From assembly GCA_037446135.1 (NCBI GenBank), contig JBBIJD010000037.1:1-17516 (forward strand): 17,516 nt of DNA, given 5' to 3'. Positions 1-7,315 of the stretch are shown here, piece by piece (within the stretch, counting starts at the first letter, position 1; the number at the start of each line of letters is the position of its first letter). A model generated the notes under the pieces. The model ran no database searches. It saw nothing but the letters and a program-made list of their open reading frames with translations, and was not told the origin of the DNA. This stretch comes from Candidatus Fraserbacteria bacterium (GTDB taxonomy: Bacteria; Bipolaricaulota; Bipolaricaulia; RBG-16-55-9; JANLFV01). Position numbers and translations under genes: made by a program.

Positions 1-288
1 GTCTCGGAGGATCCGGGCGCAGGTGGCATGAAAGGTCTTGATCCAAGGGGCTTGGCTCTCCACCAAGAGCTGCTCCACTCGGGTGCGCATCTCCTCCGCC
101 GCCTTATTGGTGAAGGTCACCCCGAGGATCTCCTCCGGACGGACGCGATGATAGCCGATGAGGTGGGCGATCCGGTGGGTGATGACCCTTGTCTTCCCGC
201 TCCCCGCTCCGGCGATGATCAGGAGCGGCCCCTGGAAATGGGTCACCGCCTCGAGCTGCTCCTGGTTGAGGCCCTGGAGGGGGTCCAT
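1..288 (-). CDS. pcrA: UvrD/PcrA SF1 DNA helicase, N-terminal 96 codons (runs off the window)
   Basis: Not in the ORF track. Manual translation from ATG at 288: [44 protein letters not shown]...[18 protein letters not shown]...[15 protein letters not shown], giving the Q motif, Walker A (AGAGSGKT), motif Ia (TFTNKAA) and Ib (TFHA). Confidence 0.93.
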   Translation of the reverse strand, partial: MDPLQGLNQEQLEAVTHFQGPLLIIAGAGSGKTRVITHRIAHLIGYHRVRPEEILGVTFTNKAAEEMRTRVEQLLVESQAPWIKTFHATCARILRD

Positions 289-292
289 CGGG

Positions 293-1300
293 CTACTTCA
301 GGTAATACTTGCCCAATTCGTGCGGGGGGAGGGGGGCGACATTGATGCAGAAGGTCTCGCCCTTGCTCTCGAAGCGGTAGTTCGTCCGGACCCGCTCGCC
401 TTTGACCGGGGCATGGGCCACGGCGATCCGGGCGGCCAGCTCGATGATCCGCTCGATGTCCTCTTCGCTCTTCTCCTCCCAATTGGCCCGGACCAGGGCC
501 ATCGGCCCTTCCTGGATCGGGACATAGACCCGGAGGTCCTCAGGGAGGAAGAAGGTCTGGAGCCGGCGCTTCTCCTCATCTGATAGGCCGAGGACGATCT
601 TCACATCCGGCGGCTCCTTGAAGTAGAGGGGGAACTCCAAAAGCTCGAGGGAGTTCATCGTGAAATCCTTCTCGTGGAGGAGATCGCGCAGCCGCTGGCC
701 GAAGTAGGGCTGGGTCAGCTTGCAACGGTCCTCCGCGGGGAAGCCTTTAGCCTTCAGGCCCAGGCTCATTGCGATCTCTGCGAGGCCAGCGCCGTCATGG
801 TTCCCCTCCTCCAGGGCGAGGAGCCGGGTGCGCTTCACCCAGCCGGCTCGCTCGGGGAGGGTCTCCGGGAGGAGGCGGGCCGAGAGGGGGCGGAGGATCA
901 GCCCCTCTCCTCCGGCCGCGCGGTCCAGCTTCTCTAGTTCGAGTGGGCCCAGTCCGCGTTTCCCCAGGATCTCCCCGGTGACGAGGAAGTCGGCCCCGAT
1001 CCGCCTTACATACCGGAGCCCCTTCCGGAGCATCAGCCGGCGACAGTTGAGGCAAGTCCGGGCCGGCTGATAGGCCCCATCGGCGAAGCTCGAGAGCTCA
1101 TGGAACTCCCGCTTCAGGGCCTGACTGCGGAATGGGAGGGCCCAGAGGCTCTGGGCTAGCTCCTTGACCGGCTCATAGTCGCGGAAGAAGGGGGAACGGA
1201 AGTGCAAGAGGCGGAGCTCTTCAATCCCCGCCTCTAGGACCAGCTCAGTCGCAATGATACTGGCGAGGCTCCCTGAGAATAAGACTACCGCCTTGGCCAT
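293..1300 (-). CDS. ThiI/MnmA-like PP-loop tRNA-thiolase-family protein with probable C-terminal RNA-binding (NFACT-R/DUF814-like) domain; PP-loop degenerate
   Basis: N-terminal [11 protein letters not shown] at the PP-loop position, [51 protein letters not shown]. These match the layout of this family as I recall it. Confidence 0.72.
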   Translation of the reverse strand: MAKAVVLFSGSLASIIATELVLEAGIEELRLLHFRSPFFRDYEPVKELAQSLWALPFRSQALKREFHELSSFADGAYQPARTCLNCRRLMLRKGLRYVRRIGADFLVTGEILGKRGLGPLELEKLDRAAGGEGLILRPLSARLLPETLPERAGWVKRTRLLALEEGNHDGAGLAEIAMSLGLKAKGFPAEDRCKLTQPYFGQRLRDLLHEKDFTMNSLELLEFPLYFKEPPDVKIVLGLSDEEKRRLQTFFLPEDLRVYVPIQEGPMALVRANWEEKSEEDIERIIELAARIAVAHAPVKGERVRTNYRFESKGETFCINVAPLPPHELGKYYLK

Positions 1301-1822
1301 TTAGTATCTCGGCTCGAGCAGCTCGTAGGCCCCATCACCCCGGCGGTGGAGCACCTTCAGCCCACCGCTCTCCGCGTCGATGAAGATCAGAAAGCTACGG
1401 TCAAGTGAGTCCAACTGGACGAGAGCCTCCTCCTGGGTCATCGGCTTGGGGAGGAAGAGCTCGCGGCGGATGAGCTCGGCCCCCTCCCCGCGCTGGTCCC
1501 CGCCTTGCTCTAGTTTAGGCCCACCCTCACCCCGGTGCTCCTTGATCATGCTCTTGTGGCGCTGGAGTTGCCGCTTCAATTTGTCGACCGCCAGGTCGAT
1601 CGAGGTATACATGTCATTGGACTCTTCCGAGACCTTTAACATCTTCCGGCGGACCAGATGGGCCACAAGGTCGGCGGTGTTCCGGCTCTTCTCCAGCCCG
1701 AGATTGACATCCACGGCGATGATCCCGTCATGATACCGTTCTAACCCCTCGACCTTCGAGAGGACATAGTTGCGGAGGGTATCGGTCAGTTCGACATGTC
1801 TGCCGGCGATCGTAATCCTCAT
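1301..1822 (-). CDS. hpf: Long-form ribosome hibernation promoting factor (HPF/RaiA, S30AE)
   Basis: MRITIAGRHVELTDTLRNYV..KV..L, DMYTSIDLAVDKLKRQL..HK, and a C-terminal dimerisation domain (PKPMTQEEALVQLD..FLIF..LHRRGDGAY.LLEP). Start moved from 1843 to the ATG at 1822 to fit the family N-terminus and the promoter position. Confidence 0.93.
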   Translation of the reverse strand: MRITIAGRHVELTDTLRNYVLSKVEGLERYHDGIIAVDVNLGLEKSRNTADLVAHLVRRKMLKVSEESNDMYTSIDLAVDKLKRQLQRHKSMIKEHRGEGGPKLEQGGDQRGEGAELIRRELFLPKPMTQEEALVQLDSLDRSFLIFIDAESGGLKVLHRRGDGAYELLEPRY

Positions 1823-1831
1823 CTCTGGTGA

Positions 1832-1860
1832 ATGATAGCACAAAGTGGCCGATCAGTCAA
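1832..1860 (-). promoter_or_regulatory. Sigma70-type promoter of the hpf operon
   Basis: Minus strand TTGACT-17 bp-TATCAT with extended TG; the -10 ends 9 nt before the ATG. Confidence 0.75.
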
Positions 1861-1895
1861 CTCGCATCTCGCCTGGCTTGCGCTCGCTCCCGGGG

Positions 1896-1924
1896 TTGGC
1901 CTCCCGCTCGGCGGGGGCTATAAT
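1896..1924 (+). promoter_or_regulatory. Sigma70-type promoter of the rimI-like gene
   Basis: TTGGCC (1896-1901)-17 bp-TATAAT (1919-1924), then 7 nt, then ATG at 1932. Confidence 0.72.
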
Positions 1925-1931
1925 CCGGGCG

Positions 1932-2444
1932 ATGCGGATCAGGAAGGCCGAGGAGCGCGACTTACCAAGGGTGATGGAGATCGAGCGGAGCTCCTTCTCC
2001 AATCCCTGGCCGGAGGCCTTGCTCCGGAGCTACCTCGGGGAGGATGGCTTCCTCGTCGGGGAAGAGGGCGGGAAGATCGTCGGCTACATCCTCATCGGGC
2101 TAAAGACTCCCTCACTCTTCTCCCGGCTCGAGCGGCGGACACGGCTCCTCTTCGGCCTGGAGGGAGGGGAGGAGGACCCCGATCTCCACATTGGCCATGT
2201 GATGAACCTGGCTGTCGACCCCTCCTACCGGCACCAGGGGCGGGGGGGTGAGCTCCTCCGGGCGGGGCTGGCCTACTTGAAGGAGCTCGGGGCACGGCAG
2301 GTCGAGCTGGAGGTCCGGACTGAAAATGAGGAGGCGATCCGGCTCTACCGGAGGTTCGGCTTCACCATCGGCCGCCTGATCAACCACTACTACAGCGACG
2401 GCGATGATGCCTACCTGATGAAGAAGCCCCTCGACTCCCCATAG
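1932..2444 (+). CDS. rimI: RimI/Ard1-family GNAT N-acetyltransferase (170 aa)
   Basis: MRIRKAEERDL..VMEIERSSFSNPW, GHVMNLAVDPSYRHQGRG (AcCoA motif A), LEVRTENEEAIRLYRRFGF, YYSDGDDAYLM. Start moved from 1845 to ATG 1932. Confidence 0.85.
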   Translation: MRIRKAEERDLPRVMEIERSSFSNPWPEALLRSYLGEDGFLVGEEGGKIVGYILIGLKTPSLFSRLERRTRLLFGLEGGEEDPDLHIGHVMNLAVDPSYRHQGRGGELLRAGLAYLKELGARQVELEVRTENEEAIRLYRRFGFTIGRLINHYYSDGDDAYLMKKPLDSP

Positions 2445-2498
2445 TTCTACCACCGGCCAGCAGGGTCTAGAACGCGCTGCTCCTCTGATCAGGAGGGC

Positions 2499-2529
2499 TT
2501 GACCCTCGAGCGCCAAGATGCTATATACT
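2499..2529 (+). promoter_or_regulatory. Sigma70-type promoter of the ABC transporter operon
   Basis: TTGACC (2499-2504) with TGcTATATA at 17 bp spacing or TATACT at 19 bp; strong SD AAGGAGG at 2602-2608. Confidence 0.6.
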
Positions 2530-2615
2530 ACTGTTAGACTCTACTCCTCTCGAGAGAAGGGGGTGATGAGCGAGTCAGGTCGAGAGAAGAGTAGTCCAGA
2601 AAAGGAGGGAGCAAA

Positions 2616-4202
2616 ATGAAGAGATGGGTTCGAGTAGGGTTGTTGGTGCTGTTCGTGGCGGCTCTGTTGCTCATCCCCGGGCTGGCCCAGGTCCCGAAAG
2701 ATGTGCTGATCATCGGGATGAGTCATGAGCCGATCATCGACTTCGAGCCGGCGAGGGTCTATGAGTTCGAGGGCGGATTCGTGCTGGAGCAGACCTATGA
2801 CCAGTTGGTGAACTTCGTCGGGGGGAAGGAGGCCTTCGAGAGGATTGAGCCCGGTTTAGCCGAGTCCTGGGAGGTCTCAGCGGATGGCCTGACCTGGACC
2901 TTCCATCTCAGGAAGAATGCCAAGTTCCACAGCGGAAAGCCGGTGGACGCCGAGGCTGTGGTCTTCTCCCTGAGGAGATCGCTCGCGCTCAACCAGCCAC
3001 CGATCTGGATCCTCAGCCAGTTTGTGCCCAAGCCCGAGATGATCCAAAAGATCGATGACTACACCGTCACGATCACCACGAACCAGCCCTTAGGGGAGAT
3101 GTTGATGGCCGCGGTCCTCGGCTACCAAGGGATCACCTCGATCGTGGACCCCGCGGTCGTCGAGGCTCATGCCACTCCTGAGGACCCCTATGCCTCTAAA
3201 TGGCTGGCGGAGCACGATGCCGGCTCTGGGCCTTTCATCTTGAAGGAATGGGTGAGGCGGGACCGGATCGTGCTGGAGGCCTTCCCCGACTACTGGCGGG
3301 GTGCGCCGGCCTTGAAGCAGATCATCATTAAGGACATACCTGAGCCGACGGCCCAAAAGTTGGCCCTGGAGAAGGGCGACATCGATGTGGCCTGGAACCT
3401 CCTCCCGGAGATGATCGCTGATTTGAAGGGCAAGGCCGGGATCAAAGTGATCGAGACCCCCTCTTGGTATTTCCATTACGCGGCGATGAATCTCGGCTAT
3501 GAGCCCTTCAGCAATGTGAAGGTCCGCCAGGCGGTGAGATGGGCCATCGATTATGATGCGATCACTGAGGGGATCATGGCCGGAGCGGCGGTGAAATGCC
3601 ATACGATCGTGCCGGTCGGGATGTTCGCCCACCTCGATCTCCTCTACCATCAAGATCTCGAGAAGGCCCGGCAACTGATGAAGGAGGCGGGCTATGAGAA
3701 CGGCTTCCAGGTCGAGCTGCTCACCCGCACCGACCCGCCTTACCCCGATATCGCGGCCCAGATCAAGGAGGACCTGAAGAAGATCAACATCGAGGTCAAG
3801 GTGACCGCGGTGGTCTATGCCGAGCTCTTGAAGTCCTATCGGGCCCAGCAGCATCAAATGGTCCTCGTCCGCTGGGGGGCTGACTACGCTGACCCCAGCG
3901 CCCAGGCCGCACCATTCGCTCACTGCGATACCGCCGGGCCGGAGGCGAAGGTCAAGCAGCTCGCCTGGCGGAACAAGTATTGTCCGAGCGGGGTCACCGC
4001 TTGGGTGGAACAGGCTGCCGGGGAGAGGGACCCAAGGAAGCGGGAGATCCTGTATAAGGCGATCCAGGGCGTGGTCCTGGAGGAAGGGCCCTACATCATC
4101 CTCCACAGCCCTCTGATCCAAGTCGCGACGAGAGAGGATGTAAAGGGCCTCCAGGTCCCGCCAATGTGGTATTACACCGAGCTCTTCGCGGTAACGAAAT
4201 AA
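2616..4202 (+). CDS. Peptide/nickel ABC transporter substrate-binding protein, SBP family 5 (DppA/OppA/DdpA-like)
   Basis: Sec signal peptide with no lipobox (MKRWVRVGLLVLFVAALLLIPGLA/Q), PGLAESWEVSADGLTWTFHLRKNAKFHSG family-5 signature, GSGPFIL..W, VRQAVRWAIDY. Confidence 0.93.
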   Translation: MKRWVRVGLLVLFVAALLLIPGLAQVPKDVLIIGMSHEPIIDFEPARVYEFEGGFVLEQTYDQLVNFVGGKEAFERIEPGLAESWEVSADGLTWTFHLRKNAKFHSGKPVDAEAVVFSLRRSLALNQPPIWILSQFVPKPEMIQKIDDYTVTITTNQPLGEMLMAAVLGYQGITSIVDPAVVEAHATPEDPYASKWLAEHDAGSGPFILKEWVRRDRIVLEAFPDYWRGAPALKQIIIKDIPEPTAQKLALEKGDIDVAWNLLPEMIADLKGKAGIKVIETPSWYFHYAAMNLGYEPFSNVKVRQAVRWAIDYDAITEGIMAGAAVKCHTIVPVGMFAHLDLLYHQDLEKARQLMKEAGYENGFQVELLTRTDPPYPDIAAQIKEDLKKINIEVKVTAVVYAELLKSYRAQQHQMVLVRWGADYADPSAQAAPFAHCDTAGPEAKVKQLAWRNKYCPSGVTAWVEQAAGERDPRKREILYKAIQGVVLEEGPYIILHSPLIQVATREDVKGLQVPPMWYYTELFAVTK

Positions 4203-4226
4203 CTGGACGGCCTTGAGGGAGTTTGA

Positions 4227-4274
4227 GCGTTCCCCCCGGTCCGGGCGTCTCTAGACTAGGGCCGGGGGGAATGT
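4227..4274 (+). promoter_or_regulatory. Intercistronic stem-loop between SBP and permease genes
   Basis: 16-bp stem GCGTTCCCCCCGGTCC / GGGCCGGGGGGAATGT (3 G-U pairs), ending 6 nt before the permease ATG. Confidence 0.7.
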
Positions 4275-4280
4275 TTCCCC

Positions 4281-5288
4281 ATGATAAGCTATATACTGAA
4301 GCGGCTGGCCTGGATGGTCTTCGTCCTCTTCGGGGTCATGACCGTCGTCTTCTTCATCTCCAGGGTGATTCCCGCTGATCCCGTCGCCGCGATGCTCGGC
4401 GGCCAAGCACCGCCGGAGTTGATCGAGCAGGTCAGGGCCAAATGGAACCTCGATAAGCCGTTGTATGACCAGTATCTCATCTATCTCTGGCGGCTACTGC
4501 AGGGTGATCTCGGGGTCTCGATCAGCACAGGGAAGCCCGTGGCGGAGGACCTGCTTCAGTTCTTCCCCGCCACCTTCGAGTTGGCGACCGCGGCCACGAT
4601 CTTGAGCATCTTCTTCGGGATCATACTGGGCATCATCTCCGCAGTGAGGAGCGGTAGAGTGATGGACCACCTCTCGCGGCTCTCCGCCCTACTAGGGATC
4701 TCGATGCCCGTCTTCTGGCTGGGCCTGCTGATGCTACTACTGTTCTATTACCTGCTCGGCTGGCTCCCCGGGGCCGGCCAGCTGCCTTACTATATGTCCC
4801 GCCCACCGCGGGTCACGGGGCTGATCACGATCGATAGCCTGATAGCCGGCCGGTTCGATGCCTTCCAGAGCGCTCTCAAGCACCTGGTCATGCCAGCAGT
4901 GGTCCTCTCCTTCTTCGGGATCGCCGCGGTATCCAGGATCACCAGATCGAGCATGTTAGATGTCTTACGGGAGGAATACATTAATACCGCTCGGGCTAAA
5001 GGCCTCCGGGAAGCGAATGTAGTGCTGAAGCATGCCCTGAAGAACGCGATGCTCCCGGTGAGCACCATCTCCGGGATCACCTATGGCCGGCTCCTCGAGG
5101 GCTCGGTGATCACTGAGACGATCTTCGCCTGGCCCGGACTGGGCCGCTACGCGACTAACGCCTTCCTCGCGCTCGACTTCCCCGCGGTGGTCGGCTCGAC
5201 GATGCTGATCGCACTCCTCTATGCCCTGACCAACCTGGTCGTGGATATATCCTATGCCTATCTGAATCCCAAGATAAGATACGGCTAA
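4281..5288 (+). CDS. dppB: Peptide ABC transporter permease, DppB/OppB-type
   Basis: YILKRL..., PADPV, LDKPLYDQY, GDLGVS, FPATFEL, EAA loop EYINTARAKGL...KHALKNA, ETIFAWPGLG. Confidence 0.92.
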   Translation: MISYILKRLAWMVFVLFGVMTVVFFISRVIPADPVAAMLGGQAPPELIEQVRAKWNLDKPLYDQYLIYLWRLLQGDLGVSISTGKPVAEDLLQFFPATFELATAATILSIFFGIILGIISAVRSGRVMDHLSRLSALLGISMPVFWLGLLMLLLFYYLLGWLPGAGQLPYYMSRPPRVTGLITIDSLIAGRFDAFQSALKHLVMPAVVLSFFGIAAVSRITRSSMLDVLREEYINTARAKGLREANVVLKHALKNAMLPVSTISGITYGRLLEGSVITETIFAWPGLGRYATNAFLALDFPAVVGSTMLIALLYALTNLVVDISYAYLNPKIRYG

Positions 5289-5292
5289 AAAG

Positions 5293-6138
5293 ATGAGGGG
5301 ATCGCTGCTCGTAGAGATGTGGAGGGCCCTGAGGAGGAACCCCCTCTCACTTACCGGCCTGGCGATCATCTCGGCCCTGGTCCTAGCAGCGATAGTCGCC
5401 CCTTACCTATCCCCTTATGACCCGCTCGCGACCCAGCCGCTGCGGAAATTGGAGGGGCTCAGCCCCGCTCATCCTTTAGGGACGGACCAACTAGGCCGGG
5501 ACATCCTGAGCCGGCTGCTCTATGGGGCTAGGATCTCCTTGAGGATCGCGGTCATCGTCGCCTTACTCGCCGGCTCGACAGGGACCTTGATCGGGATCCT
5601 CTGCGGCTACTTCGGCGGGCGGATCGATAACCTCCTCATGAGGGTGACAGATATCTTCATGGCCTTCCCGCAATTGATCCTGGCGATGGCCATCTCCTCG
5701 GCCCTCGGGCCGAGCTTGGAGAATGTGGTCATCGCCATCTCCTTGACTGAATGGACCTTCTTCGCCCGACTGGCGCGGAGCCGGGCCATCGCGATCCGGG
5801 AGGAGAACTATGTCGAGGCGGCACGGGCCATGGGGGCCGGGAGGTGGCGGATCCTCTCCCGCCATGTCCTCCCCTTGAGCCTCTCCCCGGTCATCGTCCA
5901 AGCGACGCTGGAGATGGGCGGGATCATCCGGACTGCCGCGAGCCTAGGCTTCCTCGGGCTGGGGGCTCAGCCCCCGACCCCGGAATGGGGGGTCATGGTC
6001 ACCGCCGGGAGGAACTATCTCCCAGGCCAGTGGTGGGTCTCGACCTTCCCCGGGCTGGCGATTTTCATCACCGTCTTGGGCTTCAACTTGCTGGGCGACG
6101 GGATCAGGGACATACTCGATCCACGGCTGCGCGGCTGA
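5293..6138 (+). CDS. dppC: Peptide ABC transporter permease, DppC/OppC-type
   Basis: HPLGTDQLGRDILSRLLYGARISL, YVEAARAMGA, ASLGFLGLGAQPPTPEWG, FNLLGDGIRDILDPR. Confidence 0.93.
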   Translation: MRGSLLVEMWRALRRNPLSLTGLAIISALVLAAIVAPYLSPYDPLATQPLRKLEGLSPAHPLGTDQLGRDILSRLLYGARISLRIAVIVALLAGSTGTLIGILCGYFGGRIDNLLMRVTDIFMAFPQLILAMAISSALGPSLENVVIAISLTEWTFFARLARSRAIAIREENYVEAARAMGAGRWRILSRHVLPLSLSPVIVQATLEMGGIIRTAASLGFLGLGAQPPTPEWGVMVTAGRNYLPGQWWVSTFPGLAIFITVLGFNLLGDGIRDILDPRLRG

Positions 6139-6153
6139 GCCGCTTCCATTGAA

Positions 6154-6182
6154 TTGAATGCTCCCCCCTCTCAGGCTATACT
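6154..6182 (+). promoter_or_regulatory. Sigma70-type promoter of the mre11-rad50-nurA-herA operon
   Basis: TTGAAT (6154-6159)-17 bp-TATACT (6177-6182); purine-rich GAGAGGG before ATG 6218. Confidence 0.72.
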
Positions 6183-6217
6183 CCAGCTAGGATGTGAACT
6201 AGACTAGAGAGGGTAAG

Positions 6218-7306
6218 ATGCCCAAGGTCCTCCATGTGGCGGACACACATATCGGAGCGAGGCAATATGGCCTAGCGGAGCGGCGAGCCGACTTCTCCTC
6301 GGCCTTCCTCCAGGTGGTCGAGCTGGCCATTGCCGAGCGAGTCCGCGCGGTGATCCACGCCGGGGACCTCTTCGATAGCCGGAACCCCTCGACGGAGGAC
6401 CTCCAGGATGCCCTCATGGCCCTCGTCCGCCTCCGCGAGGCGGGGATCCCCTTCCTCGGCGTAGTGGGGAATCATGAGCAGAAGCGGGGCGTTCAATGGC
6501 TCGACCTCTTCGCCTCACTCGGCCTAGCGGTCCATCTCCATCAAGAGCCTTATGAGCTCGATGGGGTCCAGTTCTTCGGCCTGGACTATGCCGGCCGAAG
6601 GACGGTGGAGCTCCCTCGCCTAGAATTAGGGGCAGCAAGCCATAGGGTCCTCGTGGCCCACCAGATGCTCGACCGAGTGGGCTTAGTCTATGGTGAGCTG
6701 AAGCTCTCCCAGCTCCTGGAGGCCCATCGCGACTGGGGCGTGGAGATCGTCCTCTTGGGGGACTACCATGAGCATCGGAGCTGGCTAGAGGAGGACCTCC
6801 TTGTGACCTATCCCGGCTCGACTGAGCGCTGGCGGGCGAGTGAACGCGAGCCGCGGGGGGTGAGCCTGATCGATTTGGAGACCAAGCGACTAGAGCGCCG
6901 AGCGCTCCGAACGAGGAGATTCATCTATATCGGCGAGGGGGAGGACCCGTTCAAGGGGCTGGCAGCTCACGATTTAACAGGGGCGGTGGTCTGCATCTCC
7001 CTCTCAGCGCGCTGCAGCGATAGCCGAAGGCCACAGGAGTTAGAAGAGGAGGCCCTCCAGCGCGGGGCCCTGGCCGTCCAGTTCCTCCAGCTCGGCGGGC
7101 TGAGGGGCGAGGCCAGCCCAATTGAGGCGGCGGGGCCTGAGATTTCGGTAGAGGTCGAGCCACAAGCCTTGGAGGAGTTGCTCATCCGTGAGCTGGCCGA
7201 GCTCGAGCTCTCCCCACGCGGGAGGGCGATCGACTCGATCATCCGCGACGAGCGGATCGTGGACTCGAATGTCGACTCCGAGGTGAGCAAGCTCTTGGAG
7301 GGCTGA
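6218..7306 (+). CDS. mre11: Mre11/SbcD metallophosphoesterase nuclease
   Basis: Motifs HVADTH, HAGDLFD, VVGNHE, AHQ, LGDYH, YPGSTER; directly upstream of the Rad50 gene. Confidence 0.92.
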   Translation: MPKVLHVADTHIGARQYGLAERRADFSSAFLQVVELAIAERVRAVIHAGDLFDSRNPSTEDLQDALMALVRLREAGIPFLGVVGNHEQKRGVQWLDLFASLGLAVHLHQEPYELDGVQFFGLDYAGRRTVELPRLELGAASHRVLVAHQMLDRVGLVYGELKLSQLLEAHRDWGVEIVLLGDYHEHRSWLEEDLLVTYPGSTERWRASEREPRGVSLIDLETKRLERRALRTRRFIYIGEGEDPFKGLAAHDLTGAVVCISLSARCSDSRRPQELEEEALQRGALAVQFLQLGGLRGEASPIEAAGPEISVEVEPQALEELLIRELAELELSPRGRAIDSIIRDERIVDSNVDSEVSKLLEG

Positions 7307-7315
7307 TCTGACCTT

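Noticed and set aside
28..583. Plus-strand ORFs 28..345 and 158..583
   Set aside because: Antisense shadows of pcrA and the PP-loop gene, which carry the real motifs.
1901..1917. Inverted repeats in promoter spacers (rimI 1901-1917; rrn ACCCC...GGGGT 17356-17370) as MerR-type operators
   Set aside because: The spacers are the optimal 17 bp rather than 19 bp, and the short GC-rich arms could arise by chance.
3090..4121. 343-aa minus-strand ORF (likewise 12330..13028, 8512..9150, 13210..13779, 14158..14748)
   Set aside because: Antisense to well-supported genes; expected in high-GC codon-biased DNA, with no motifs or RBS.
6183..6217. SOS/LexA-type operator upstream of mre11 (GAAC and three CTAG)
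   Set aside because: No complete GAAC-N4-GTTC or CTGT-N8-ACAG palindrome.
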